A DNA stretch of 63,327 nucleotides, filler included, from an uncultured Methanosarcinales archaeon (GTDB taxonomy: Archaea > Nanobdellota > Nanobdellia > Woesearchaeales > UBA12501), in assembly GCA_964397315.1 (NCBI GenBank). It is 3 parts of 3 records of this genome, joined end to end, with 100 filler letters (N's around TTAATTAATTAA, not from the genome) between each part and the next. Parts side by side here need not be neighbours in the genome. Positions count along the whole stretch, not along the records: positions 28,013 to 49,003 come from CAYNHV010000020.1; positions 49,104 to 63,327 come from CAYNHV010000029.1; 1 more part is not named here. One strand, written 5' to 3'. Made by a program: the position numbers and the translations under genes. The notes under the pieces were generated by a model. That model did no database searches, was not told the DNA's origin, and saw only the letters and a list, made by a program, of their open reading frames with translations. Positions 39,356 through 49,204 of this stretch are shown in pieces (within the stretch, counting starts at the first letter, position 1; each line of letters starts with the position of its first letter).

Positions 39356-40069
39356 ATGGAACTTAAACTGGTTATTTCTGACCCAAAGACAGGAAAGAGC
39401 CTGCAGAGAGAGCTTCAGGCAGAGGCTGGAAAGGCCCTCAAGGGGCTGAAGGTGGGTGACTCCTTAAAAGGCGAGCTGATAGGCATGGCAGGCTATGAGT
39501 TCACCATCACAGGAGGATCTGACAGCGCAGGCTTTCCAATGAGAAATGACGCTCCAGGAACCGGAAGGAAGAGGATTCTCGCGGTCAAGGGTGTGGGAGT
39601 CAGCAACAAGAAGAAGTACAGGGGAAAAGACAAGAAGGGAATGAGGACAATGGAAGGAATGAAGCAGAGGAAGACCGTGGCAGGCAACACAATATATCCC
39701 GGAACCGCCCAGGTCAATGTCACTATAACAAAAGCAGGCAAGGAGAACCTTTTTGCAGAAAAGCCTGCAGAGGGGGAAGCTCCAAAAGAGGAGGCAAAGC
39801 AGGGGGAGAAAGCAGAAGCCCCAAAAGAAGAGGAAAAGGAGAAAACTGCAGAGCCTGAGAAAAAAGAAGAGAAGAAAGAGGAGCCAAAGGAGAACAAAGA
39901 GGCAAAGAAGGAAAAGCCAAAGGCTGAAGAGAAAACAGCAGAGAAGAAAGAAGATACAAAGCAAGAGAAGGCAGAACCAGAAAGCAAGAAGGAGGGGGCT
40001 GAAGCAGGGAAGAATAAGGAGCAGAAAGAAGAGCCCCTGAACAAAGAGCCTGCAGAAGAGAAGCAGTAA
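39356..40069 (+). CDS. rps6e: 30S ribosomal protein eS6 with long Glu/Lys-rich tail
   Basis: KLVISDPKTG, ITGGSDSAGFPMR, RKTVAGN, QVN. Confidence 0.95.
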   Translation: MELKLVISDPKTGKSLQRELQAEAGKALKGLKVGDSLKGELIGMAGYEFTITGGSDSAGFPMRNDAPGTGRKRILAVKGVGVSNKKKYRGKDKKGMRTMEGMKQRKTVAGNTIYPGTAQVNVTITKAGKENLFAEKPAEGEAPKEEAKQGEKAEAPKEEEKEKTAEPEKKEEKKEEPKENKEAKKEKPKAEEKTAEKKEDTKQEKAEPESKKEGAEAGKNKEQKEEPLNKEPAEEKQ

Positions 40070-40555
40070 TCAATTCTTTGATTTTTTGCCTTTATCAGCA
40101 GAGCCAGCTATCCCCAGCCCGAAACTCCTGGCTTTGCTGAGGTCATCCTTGTCAGGCTTCCCCTTGCCAACTCCTCCTATGAGCTTCAAAGGCCCGAAAT
40201 TATCAAACCCCCTGCAGGAGAATGATCCTTTTAATGAGAAGCCCTTTTTCTCCAGCTTTTTCCTTAGTGAGTTCAGGAACCTGTCCCAGCCAAATCCGCT
40301 GGTTGAGAAGGTGAAAGCCTTCTTTCCCTTATAAGCTGGCAGGGATTCAACAAACCTGTCAAGCTGGCTGCTGTGCCTTAATCCGTAGACGCCTGAGCCA
40401 AAGCCGGCGATGTCAGCGCCTGCAACATCCTTCTTTGATGCCTTCTCAACAGGAAGAAGCCTCACATTAACCCTTTTCCTCATCCCCCTGGCGATTGCCT
40501 CAGCAACCTTCCTCGTGTTGCCTGTGCCGCTGAAATAGATTATGACAGCGTTCAT
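40070..40555 (-). CDS. Flavodoxin family protein
   Basis: YFSGTGNTRKVAEAI, GSGVY, FSTSG. Confidence 0.9.
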   Translation of the reverse strand: MNAVIIYFSGTGNTRKVAEAIARGMRKRVNVRLLPVEKASKKDVAGADIAGFGSGVYGLRHSSQLDRFVESLPAYKGKKAFTFSTSGFGWDRFLNSLRKKLEKKGFSLKGSFSCRGFDNFGPLKLIGGVGKGKPDKDDLSKARSFGLGIAGSADKGKKSKN

Positions 40556-41139
40556 CTCTTGTCTCCTGAACCGGTCTCTGAGCTCTTGTCTCCTGAACCG
40601 GTCTCTGAGCTTTTCCTCTGCGCATGGGATCTCCTCTGGCTTTTTATGACAAACCTTCTCGGGTTCTTGTCCATGTCAACAAACAGGTCAGCCTCATTCT
40701 TGAGCTTGGATGACGCTGCTTTTCCGAATGCAATGACTTCTGTCCTGCACCCAAGAGCAGAAGCGTGCTCAAGAAGATCCTGGAAGTCTCCGTCACCTGA
40801 TACAAGCACTATGAGATCAAGCTTTCCAGCCATCTTCATTATGTCCATTGCAATGCCCACGTCCCAGTCCCCCTTTTTCGCTCCGCCGTAGAATGTCTGC
40901 AGGTCTTTTGACTTAACCTCATAACCTATCTTCTCCAGTGCCTCAAAGAAAGAGTTCTTGTCCTCCTGAAGGTCTGCCTTTACAACATAGGCTATCGCCC
41001 TTATTAGCTGCCTGCTCTTGACAGCCTCCTTGAGTATGTTGGAGAAATTTACTTTTGCGTGGTGCAGGTGCCTTGCGGAATAATACATGTTCTGAACGTC
41101 AACAAAAACACCCACTCTCTGCGCTTTGTGCTGTGTCAT
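40552..41139 (-). CDS. NYN domain (LabA/DUF88) protein
   Basis: VFVDVQN, KGDWDVGIAMD, LVSGDGDF, ADLFVD. Confidence 0.92.
   Translation of the reverse strand: MTQHKAQRVGVFVDVQNMYYSARHLHHAKVNFSNILKEAVKSRQLIRAIAYVVKADLQEDKNSFFEALEKIGYEVKSKDLQTFYGGAKKGDWDVGIAMDIMKMAGKLDLIVLVSGDGDFQDLLEHASALGCRTEVIAFGKAASSKLKNEADLFVDMDKNPRRFVIKSQRRSHAQRKSSETGSGDKSSETGSGDKR
40556..40609. repeat. Perfect 27-bp tandem duplication in the NYN gene tail
   Basis: CTCTTGTCTCCTGAACCGGTCTCTGAG twice, encoding SSETGSGDK twice. Confidence 0.95.
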
Positions 41140-41204
41140 TATATCACCCTCTTGGAATTAAAAGAATGAATAAGAAGCCCGCTTTAAAAAGATTTTGGTG
41201 CGCA

Positions 41205-41635
41205 AGGCGATTGTTAATGTCTCCCCAGGGATTACCTGATATGAAGTTATTAAATCTTTTGATGTTGCCGCTGGAACGGCATTACTCTGTTCAAGCGTAG
41301 GAAATTGAGCCTCCTCCAAATATTGTGGTTAATCCAGGCCTGCTCCTTGTAAAAAAGGAATTCCTCCTGAGTTCTCCCCCTCCCTTGTCGCGATTACAAA
41401 CTGATTTTTCCCTCCCTCCATCCCCCTCACACATGCTTAGCGCACCAACTCCAACAGAGCGCTTTAAGCAAATTAAGGGGCGGGCTTATTGGAGGCAGAA
41501 GAGGAAAGTTGTGCGGAGACAGAAGGTGTAAGCCTGCTAAGTGGTTGTGCAGAAAGGGTGGGAAGTACCATGATTTATTATCATAAACAAGCCACTCTAA
41601 AGGCGGGAAGTACCATGAAAATCAGCAAGAACATC
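41205..41635 (+). repeat. Copy D of the long dispersed non-coding repeat (complete, no gap)
   Basis: Collinear with copy C from GAACGGCATTACTC to GGCGGGAAGTACC. Confidence 0.85.
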
Positions 41636-41767
41636 TTTTCAGGAGCGAGCTGCGCTCTGAAAGACTAACAAAACAAGGAAACGCTCTTTGTTTCACAAAG
41701 ATTAGTATGGAGTATGACCTCTTGAGGGTAACAAAGGCTTAAAAATAAGCAAATCTATAAACAATAT

Positions 41768-42007
41768 ATGGCTGACAAAGAAGAAACAGACTTGGAAATG
41801 GGAAGGAGTATTACCAAAATCATTGAAGAAGCTTCACATCCAAGAAAGAGAAATGAAGTTTTAATCGCTGCTGAAAATAGCGTTAAAGTTCCATCTGAAA
41901 CAGGCAGTGGCTCAGAAAGTGATATCAACCCGCCGCAGCCAGGAGTTGGTTATGGCAAATATTCTGAGGAAGAGTTTTATAAGGGATTAGAGCATATTAA
42001 GGACTGA
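41768..42007 (+). CDS. Small hypothetical protein
   Basis: 79-aa ATG ORF filling the space between the repeat and trxB. Confidence 0.45.
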   Translation: MADKEETDLEMGRSITKIIEEASHPRKRNEVLIAAENSVKVPSETGSGSESDINPPQPGVGYGKYSEEEFYKGLEHIKD

Positions 42008-42024
42008 AATTACTGGTACAAAGC

Positions 42025-42948
42025 TCACTCATACTTCTCCACTTTCTTCTTTTTCAGGTGCTGGTAAGCTGAGAAAGCAGCTATTGCGCCGTCAGAGGCT
42101 GCAGTAACCGCCTGCCTCATTGGAGTGTCTGTCCCGTCGCCAGCAGCATACACTCCCTCAACATTTGTCCTTTTCTCCCTGTCAACAAGTATGAAGTTGT
42201 TATTGTCAAGCTTAACCCCAAGCTGCTCTGCTATGAGGGTTGAGGGTACTGAGCCTATCTCTATGAACAGGCCGTCAAGAGGGAACTCAGTGATTCCATT
42301 GTAAGGCTTGTCAAGCACTGCTGCAGTGAGCTTGTCATCCCCTTTCAGCTCAACAACATTGGTCTCTGGTATTATCTCAATCTTGTCGCTCTCCTCAACC
42401 GCCTTCTTGTTTATGGGCTCTGCCCTTATCTCCGCCCTCCTGTAGATTATGAAGACCTTTTTCGCGTACTGCTCAAGCAGAAGCGCAGCGAGAGCCGCTG
42501 AATCAGAGCCTCCGACAACACCCACTGTCCTGTCCCTGAAGAATGCAGCATCGCAGGTGTAGCAGTAGCTCACTCCCTTTCCTATGTACTTCTCCTCTCC
42601 CGGAATGTTCATGTGCCTTCTCTGCAGGCCCATTGCAAGAATGACTGCCCTTGCCTCAAACTCCTTATCCTTTGTAAAAACACTGAATGCATCCCCCTTC
42701 TTCTCTGCCTTCTGGACCTCCTCAAACATGAACTCAACACCAAGGGATTCTGCCTGCTCCTTGAACTTTGTCATGAGCTCAAAGCCTGATATCTCCCTGT
42801 AGCCTGGGTAATTGCACACCTTGTGGGCCTCATTAAGGGTGCCCCCAACCTCCTTGGAGACAACCAGGACCTTAAGGTTGTACCTGGCCGCGTATATTGC
42901 TGCTGTGAGGCCTCCGCAGCCCCCTCCGATTATTATAAGGTCGTGCAT
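42025..42948 (-). CDS. trxB: Thioredoxin-disulfide reductase
   Basis: IIGGG.GGLTAAIY, GVSYCYTCD, VVGGSDSA, YAAGD. Confidence 0.93.
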   Translation of the reverse strand: MHDLIIIGGGCGGLTAAIYAARYNLKVLVVSKEVGGTLNEAHKVCNYPGYREISGFELMTKFKEQAESLGVEFMFEEVQKAEKKGDAFSVFTKDKEFEARAVILAMGLQRRHMNIPGEEKYIGKGVSYCYTCDAAFFRDRTVGVVGGSDSAALAALLLEQYAKKVFIIYRRAEIRAEPINKKAVEESDKIEIIPETNVVELKGDDKLTAAVLDKPYNGITEFPLDGLFIEIGSVPSTLIAEQLGVKLDNNNFILVDREKRTNVEGVYAAGDGTDTPMRQAVTAASDGAIAAFSAYQHLKKKKVEKYE

Positions 42949-43060
42949 ACAAGGGCAAAGCAACACAGGTCATTTATAAAGATATTGATGAACTGCACAT
43001 CCTTTTTAAAAAGGCGGGCACACAAACCTTTAAATATCTCAGGCCTTATAAACCCAGTAT

Positions 43061-45523
43061 ATGGCCAGGATACAGTTTTACCCCCTGGATGCCACATACA
43101 GGGTTAGGGATGACAAGCCCCACATACTGCTGTTCGGCAGGACAGCAGAGGGAGGCACAATCACACTAGTTGACAGCTCATTCCTGCCCTGCTTCTGGGT
43201 TGTTCTGAAGAAGGGCATGGACCCAAAGAGCTTCTGCAAGGCAGTGGAGGGCCTTTCTGAGAAGAAAGATGATGCAACACTGAGGGTTGAGGGAGCAGAG
43301 GCTGAGAAAAAGACGTACCTGGGAGAGGAGACAGAGGCTATAAGGGTGACTGTCAATCAGCCAAAGTCAGTTGTGCATTTCAGGGAGGTGATGAGGGAGA
43401 AAGAGGAGGTTAAGCTCGTTCTTGAAGCTGACATAAAGTTTGTCAGGAGATACCTCATTGACAAGGGCATAGTTCCCATGACGCTGCATGAGGTTGAGGG
43501 GGAGGAAACAAGGGAGAAGGTAAAGACAGACTATGCTGTAAAGGCGGAAAGCATAAGGCAGGTGAGCGACGACACCATAAAGCCGAGAATACTGGCTTTT
43601 GACATTGAGACTTACAATCCAGCTGGAAAGAATGTTGACGCAAAAAAGAACCCGATTGTCATGCTCTCGCTCTATGGGGAGAGCATGAAAAAAGTGATCA
43701 CCTGGAAGAGGTTCCGTACAAAGCACGATTACATAGAGTTTGTGGATGGGGAGGCAGAGCTCATAAGCGCTTTCAAGGATGCTGTTGAGGAGTACAATCC
43801 TGACATGCTTGTGGGCTATTACTCAGACGGTTTTGACCTGCCTTACATAAGGACAAGGGCTGAGAAGTACAGGATAAGCCTGGACATTGGGTGGGACTAC
43901 TCCCAGCCGAGGATGTCAAAAGGGGCAGCGCCTTCTGTGAGCACAAGGGGCATGGCGCACATAGACATATTCAGGTTCATAAAGTTCATACTCGGAGGAT
44001 CGCTTGAGACAGACTACTTTGACCTCACGTCAGTGGCGAGCGAGCTTCTTGAGGAGAAAAAGATTGACGTGGACCTTGACGGGCTGTCAGAGGCGTGGGA
44101 CAGGAACTCTGACAGGCTTGAGCTCTTCTGCGAGTACAACCTTCATGATTCCGCGCTCACTTACAGGCTCTGCGAGAGGGTGATGCCCAACATAACAGAG
44201 CTGGTAAAGATAGTGTCCCTGCCTGTGTCAGACGTGAGCAGGATGAGATTCAGCCAGCTTGTTGAGTCATACCTGATAAGGCACGCGCCTGCAAGGAATG
44301 TTCTCGCGCCCAACAAGCCCACTCATGACGAGATTGGGGGAAGGCTTGACAGGACGTACCAGGGAGCTTTCGTTTTTGAGCCAAAGGCAGGCCTGTACAA
44401 GGATGTTGTGGTGTTTGACTTCAGGAGCCTCTACCCCACAATAATAGCTTCCCACAACATATCTCCTGAGAACCTCAACAGGAAAGACTGTGATGAGGAG
44501 AAGAGGGAGCATGTGCCTTTTGAGGACAGCAGCAGGAAAACGTGGTTCTGCAGGGACAGGAAGTTCTTCATACCACGGATGATTGAGGAGCTCATAACAA
44601 GAAGGATGAGGATAAAGGAGATAACAAGAAAAAACCCTGACAAGATGCTGGAAGCAAGGGCATACTCCCTCAAGATACTTGCCAATGCGTTCTACGGCTA
44701 TCTGGGGTTCTACGCGTCAAGATGGTACTCTTATGAGTGCGCTGAGTCAGTCACTGCATGGGGGAGGCATTACATCCACAAGGTCATTGACAAGGCAGGC
44801 AAGCAGGGATTCAGGGTGATATACTCTGACACTGACAGCATATTCCTCACTCTTGACGGCAGGAGCAAGAAAGAGGCTCTCGGATTTGCAGAGAGGATAA
44901 ACAACGAGCTGCCCGAGCTTATGGAGCTGGAGTTTGAGGGCTTCTACCCCAGGGGGATATTCGTGTCTGCAAGGCTGACAGGAACAGGAGCGAAAAAGAA
45001 GTATTCCCTTATTGACGAGAACGGAAAGATAACAATAAAAGGGTTTGAGACAGTGAGGAGGAACTGGAGCCCTATTGCCAAGGGGGTGCAGGAGGAGGTG
45101 CTGGGCATAATACTCAGGGAGAATGACATTGACAAGGCAGTAAAGCACGTCCAGGACATAGTGGGGAAGCTGAGGAAAAGGGAGATAGGCATTGAGAAAG
45201 TGACCATATTCACCCAGCTCCAGAAGGCCATCTCAGAGTACGAGGCAGAGGGCCCTCATGTTGCAGCGGCAAAAAGGATGGAATCAAAGGGAATGCCCCT
45301 GGGGCCTGGCACAATGATAGAGTATGTCATCATAGCCGGAAAGGACAAGATAAGGGACAGGGCAAGGCTTCCTGAAGAGGTCGGCCAGGAGGATTACGAC
45401 CCTGAGTATTACATCAACAACCAGGTGCTTCCCGCTGTTGACAAGATATTCCAGGTGCTCGGCCGTGACATAAGGGACATTGTCATGAACAAGGACCAGT
45501 CAAAGCTGGGGGAGTTTTTCTGA
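43061..45523 (+). CDS. polB: Family B DNA polymerase with 3'-5' exonuclease, no intein
   Basis: FDIET, FDLPY, YNLHD, DFRSLYPTII, KILANAFYGY, YSDTDS, KKKY. Confidence 0.97.
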   Translation: MARIQFYPLDATYRVRDDKPHILLFGRTAEGGTITLVDSSFLPCFWVVLKKGMDPKSFCKAVEGLSEKKDDATLRVEGAEAEKKTYLGEETEAIRVTVNQPKSVVHFREVMREKEEVKLVLEADIKFVRRYLIDKGIVPMTLHEVEGEETREKVKTDYAVKAESIRQVSDDTIKPRILAFDIETYNPAGKNVDAKKNPIVMLSLYGESMKKVITWKRFRTKHDYIEFVDGEAELISAFKDAVEEYNPDMLVGYYSDGFDLPYIRTRAEKYRISLDIGWDYSQPRMSKGAAPSVSTRGMAHIDIFRFIKFILGGSLETDYFDLTSVASELLEEKKIDVDLDGLSEAWDRNSDRLELFCEYNLHDSALTYRLCERVMPNITELVKIVSLPVSDVSRMRFSQLVESYLIRHAPARNVLAPNKPTHDEIGGRLDRTYQGAFVFEPKAGLYKDVVVFDFRSLYPTIIASHNISPENLNRKDCDEEKREHVPFEDSSRKTWFCRDRKFFIPRMIEELITRRMRIKEITRKNPDKMLEARAYSLKILANAFYGYLGFYASRWYSYECAESVTAWGRHYIHKVIDKAGKQGFRVIYSDTDSIFLTLDGRSKKEALGFAERINNELPELMELEFEGFYPRGIFVSARLTGTGAKKKYSLIDENGKITIKGFETVRRNWSPIAKGVQEEVLGIILRENDIDKAVKHVQDIVGKLRKREIGIEKVTIFTQLQKAISEYEAEGPHVAAAKRMESKGMPLGPGTMIEYVIIAGKDKIRDRARLPEEVGQEDYDPEYYINNQVLPAVDKIFQVLGRDIRDIVMNKDQSKLGEFF

Positions 45524-45885
45524 TGGAACGAAAGATCAGGGAGTTTTACGGCTCAGTAAAGAAGGACAGGGCAAACTCAGAATGGGCCAAAAAGCACAGC
45601 CTTGAGACAAGGCATGAAGAGCTCAGGAAAGAGGTGGAGGAGCTGGGAGAGGCAATAAGAGAGGGCAGCGCTCGTGACATAAAGGATGAGATGGGGGATG
45701 TACTGTTTGACTTCATGGCCTGCGCTGTTATTGCAGAAGAAGCAGGCATTTTTGACATCAAGGACGTGATGGAGCACGCCAATGCAAAGCTGAAGCGAAG
45801 GAAGCCATGGGTGTTTGACGGAAGGAAGCTAAGCCAGGAGGAGGAAAGAGACGAGTACAAGAAGATTAAGAGGAGGGAGAGATAA
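45523..45885 (+). CDS. MazG-like NTP pyrophosphohydrolase
   Basis: EVEEL...DEMGDVLF...KLKRRKPWVF. Confidence 0.88.
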   Translation: MERKIREFYGSVKKDRANSEWAKKHSLETRHEELRKEVEELGEAIREGSARDIKDEMGDVLFDFMACAVIAEEAGIFDIKDVMEHANAKLKRRKPWVFDGRKLSQEEERDEYKKIKRRER

Positions 45886-45891
45886 AGAGGT

Positions 45892-46470
45892 TCACATTTT
45901 ACCATCTGCAATTTCCATGGCCTCAAGCTGTGCTCCGAGAATGAGCTTTGCTGCCTTGTATTTCCTCTCCGCGAGCCTCTTTGACTCCTTAAAGTGCATC
46001 TTGTTGTTCCAGTCCCTCTCAAGTTTTGCATCCAGCCATTCAACTGCCTTCCTGAGATCATTATCATGCTTCTTAAGGCTCGTCTTCAGCAGTTCCGGAA
46101 CAGAATCAAAATGTGATAATGCATCTGCATCCCTTATTATCATGGCGATTTTTGAGCTTTTCTTGAATTCCCCGCTTGCCCTGTGGTTTCTTATGCAATC
46201 CTTTACTTCCTCAACCACATCATCAGGATAATCAAGCTTTTTGAGGATTCTTTCTGCTTCAGGAATTCCTGTAATCTCGTGCTTATCTCCTCCATGCACG
46301 AATCTTCCTATGTCATGCAGCAGTGCGCCAAGCTCTGCAATACCCTCATCCTCGTTCTCTGACTTTGCAAGATGCCTCGCGTACTTGACAACAAGAGAGA
46401 TATGCATCCTCTTGTGCTCAGAATCAGCGTGCTTCATCACCTCGTTCCTTACTTTGTCAGGATTTGTCAT
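45892..46470 (-). CDS. HD-domain phosphohydrolase
   Basis: H...V, ALLHDIG, HE, HR, DAD. Confidence 0.88.
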   Translation of the reverse strand: MTNPDKVRNEVMKHADSEHKRMHISLVVKYARHLAKSENEDEGIAELGALLHDIGRFVHGGDKHEITGIPEAERILKKLDYPDDVVEEVKDCIRNHRASGEFKKSSKIAMIIRDADALSHFDSVPELLKTSLKKHDNDLRKAVEWLDAKLERDWNNKMHFKESKRLAERKYKAAKLILGAQLEAMEIADGKM

Positions 46471-46571
46471 CTCAAAACCTCAATAGGCTTCAGGGCCCGC
46501 TCCTTTACATTCGGAATCAGCTCTTCTTTCTCAATCTCATCTTTTGAAAACCATTTACGCGGTATGGTCAT
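46467..46571 (-). pseudogene. 34-aa possible C-terminal remnant (Nudix-like tail)
   Basis: KWFSKDEIEKEELIPNVKERALK resembles Nudix C-termini; its stop overlaps the HD gene start (ATGA). Confidence 0.3.
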
Positions 46572-46627
46572 CGCTTTCCTCCAGCCCTGCCTAAGTGGCT
46601 GTGCATTTATATATTTTTCCAGAAGCC

Positions 46628-47071
46628 TCACAAGGGTATTATCCCCTCAGCCTCCTTCCATGAGGACACCTCATGATCCGGCATTTCCCCCTCATGGCCG
46701 GGCCTGACATCAGAGTATTTTCCGTGCCTGAACCATATGGTCCTGCAGCCCAGCTGCTTTCCCACTGCAATCTCTGTCTTCACCTTATCCCCTATAACCC
46801 ATGTCTTTTCAGCAGTAAAGCCTGTCTTTTCCATCGCCTCCCTGAACTCGTCAAGGCCCTTCTTGTCCCTGATTATGGCAAGCTCAAAGTGATGGTCTAT
46901 TCCCAGCTTCCTGAGATGCTCTGCCCTGTCATCATCATCCCTCTTGCTTATGAGGGCAAGCTTGTAGCTCTTTCCGTATTTCTCAAGGAATTCAACAGCG
47001 CCGTGGTGCAGCCTCTCATTATCCTTGTTATACAAAGTCCTTGAGAAGTCAAGTATTATCAGGCCTTTCAT
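46628..47071 (-). CDS. HAD-family hydrolase
   Basis: LDFSRTLY, VIGD....EI..G..LG. Confidence 0.85.
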   Translation of the reverse strand: MKGLIILDFSRTLYNKDNERLHHGAVEFLEKYGKSYKLALISKRDDDDRAEHLRKLGIDHHFELAIIRDKKGLDEFREAMEKTGFTAEKTWVIGDKVKTEIAVGKQLGCRTIWFRHGKYSDVRPGHEGEMPDHEVSSWKEAEGIIPL

Positions 47072-47262
47072 GATACAGAAGTCAGGCCGCTCATTTATAA
47101 ATCTTGCTGAGAAAAATATTTGTCAAAAACTGCCCTGCACCCTGCTGCATGGCAAAAACAAAAGGCTTTTTCAGCAGGCTAAAGGCCAGGGCGAAAAAGA
47201 AAAGCTGCAGCTGCTGTGATCGCGGGAAATAAGGCGGCATTGGCGCCCTGATACACAACTAC

Positions 47263-47565
47263 GTGCCTGAATCCCTTATATCTGACGTAATAGGCAGTGG
47301 AGGGGTACTCACAATCCCCCTGGCAGTAATAGTGGGAGTGCCCATGTACGCGAGCTGCGCTGCAATAATCCCTGTCGCAGCAGCTCTTTTTGGAAAGGGA
47401 ATGCCCCTTGGCGCTGTGCTGGCGTTTGCAATGGCAACATCCGCGCTGAGCATTCCTGAGGCAGTCATACTGAGAAGGGCGATGAGGCTGAAGCTTATAG
47501 GCATTTTCTTCGGGATTGTTGCGCTGGGAATAATGATTATGGGATGGATGTTCAGTCTAGCCTGA
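47263..47565 (+). pseudogene. C-terminal fragment of a DUF318/ArsP-type permease
   Basis: GVPMYASCAAIIP...KGMPLGAVLAF...LSIPE; the N-terminal two thirds are absent. Confidence 0.75.
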
Positions 47566-47932
47566 GAACAAGGTCCACAACATCCTCGCTCCAGCCAGCC
47601 TCCATAAGGGTTTCTTTCAGCGCCTCTTTTGAGTCGCCCTTCATGAGCCTGCTGTCAGCATACTGCTGCAGCTTCTCAAGGCTGTTGTCAGGCTTTTTGG
47701 CCTCATGCATCGCAAGCTCAACAACGTGCTCGTCCCACCCTGAGCCAGAAAGCTTTTCTATGATCTCATCCTCTTTAAGGCCCTGTTTTCTGAGCTTTTT
47801 TATGAGCTTCTCCAGTGTCTTAAGGTCCTTCTGTGTCTTTGTGGGCTTTTCCTTCCTGCTGAAGAACGAGAACAGGGCTATGATTGTTGCTATTCCTGAG
47901 AAAACACCTAAACCTGAAGCAAAGACCTCCAT
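47552..47932 (-). CDS. Small protein with one TM segment and two helical repeats
   Basis: G..E..I.E.L...GW....V occurs twice; start after GAGGTG. Confidence 0.7.
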   Translation of the reverse strand: MEVFASGLGVFSGIATIIALFSFFSRKEKPTKTQKDLKTLEKLIKKLRKQGLKEDEIIEKLSGSGWDEHVVELAMHEAKKPDNSLEKLQQYADSRLMKGDSKEALKETLMEAGWSEDVVDLVLRLD

Positions 47933-48041
47933 TTTGCACCTCTTTAAACCTGTTATGGCACAAAGCATATTTAAAATTTTCCTTAACAAGGTGCAGGGGT
48001 ATATAGAAAACTATTTAAATGCCTTATAAGGATTATATCTC

Positions 48042-48887
48042 ATGGCAGTTCTCAACCAGTTCAAGACAGTGCTCCTGCTGGGAGCCCTGACAGGCATACT
48101 CCTTGGAGCAGGGTATTACATGGGGGGAACAGTAGGTCTCACAATAGCCATTGTGATATCGCTGGCCATGAATCTTGGGAGCTATTACTTCTCTGACAAG
48201 ATAGTGCTGAAGATGTACAAGGCAAAAGAGGCAAAAAAGTCAGAGTATCCGCACCTCCATGAGATGGTCGCAGAGGTGGCGAAGAAAGCAGGCATACCAA
48301 AGCCAAGGGTTTTCATAGTTCCCACAGAAACTCCCAATGCATTCGCAACAGGAAGGAATCCTGACAATGCTGTTGTAGCCTGCACCAACGGAATAATGAG
48401 CCTTCTCAGCAGGGAGGAGCTGAGGGGGGTCATAGCTCATGAGATGAGCCACATAAAGAACAGGGACATTCTTGTCCAGACAATAGCAGCGACAATAGCG
48501 GGAGTGATAGCATACCTTGCGATGATGGCGAGGTTCGCTGCAATATTCGGCGGAGGCAGAGACCAGGACTCAGGAGAGCTTTTTTACATTATTGCCCTGA
48601 GCATAATAACGCCTTTGATAGCTACAATGGTGCAGCTCGCGATATCAAGGAGCAGGGAGTACCTTGCTGACGAGACAGGGGCCAGGACAATAGGCGATCC
48701 TGCTGTGCTTGCAAGCGCGCTTCAGAAGCTTCACAATGGAGTTAAGGCAAAGCCTTTCAGAGGCGGAAGCCCTGCCACATCCTCTCTCTTCATAGTCAAT
48801 CCATTCTCTGCAAGAGGTGTTGCAAGGCTGTTAAGCACCCACCCTCCAATGGAGGAGAGGGTCAAAAGGCTTAAGGCAATGAGATGA
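48042..48887 (+). CDS. htpX: Zinc metalloprotease HtpX
   Basis: PNAFATGRNP, HEMSH, SRSREYLAD, STHPP. Confidence 0.96.
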   Translation: MAVLNQFKTVLLLGALTGILLGAGYYMGGTVGLTIAIVISLAMNLGSYYFSDKIVLKMYKAKEAKKSEYPHLHEMVAEVAKKAGIPKPRVFIVPTETPNAFATGRNPDNAVVACTNGIMSLLSREELRGVIAHEMSHIKNRDILVQTIAATIAGVIAYLAMMARFAAIFGGGRDQDSGELFYIIALSIITPLIATMVQLAISRSREYLADETGARTIGDPAVLASALQKLHNGVKAKPFRGGSPATSSLFIVNPFSARGVARLLSTHPPMEERVKRLKAMR

Positions 48888-48953
48888 GATAGGGACTCTG
48901 GTTTAATAAAGATGACAATTCCTCAGGGTATTGCCGCAGCCCTTGTCTTTTAA

Positions 48954-49156
48954 GTCAAACAAAAATATAGTTGAGCGGCTACCACCGGTGGAACACCGGA
49001 TGGNNNNNNNNNNNNNNNNNNNNNNNNNNNNNNNNNNNNNNNNNNNNTTAATTAATTAANNNNNNNNNNNNNNNNNNNNNNNNNNNNNNNNNNNNNNNNN
49101 NNNATGCCATCCGGTGTTCCACCGGTGGTAGCCGCTCAACTATATTTTTGTTTGAC
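48954..49156. repeat. Perfect 50-bp inverted repeat flanking the second assembly gap
   Basis: 48954-49003 is the exact reverse complement of 49107-49156. Confidence 0.85.
49004..49103. other. Assembly gap with artificial TTAATTAATTAA spacer
   Basis: N-run with a six-frame stop spacer. Confidence 0.97.
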
Positions 49157-49204
49157 AAAGCGCAGCTGCTTCTTGATCTGCTTATATCTGCTCACGCCAC
49201 TCTG

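Noticed and set aside
39750..40069. Long Glu/Lys tail of eS6 and its antisense Phe/Ser/Leu-rich ORFs
   Set aside because: Low-complexity charged tail; the antisense ORFs are shadows of it.
43061..45523. Intein or inactivation in PolB
   Set aside because: Length is normal and the exonuclease and polymerase motifs are intact.
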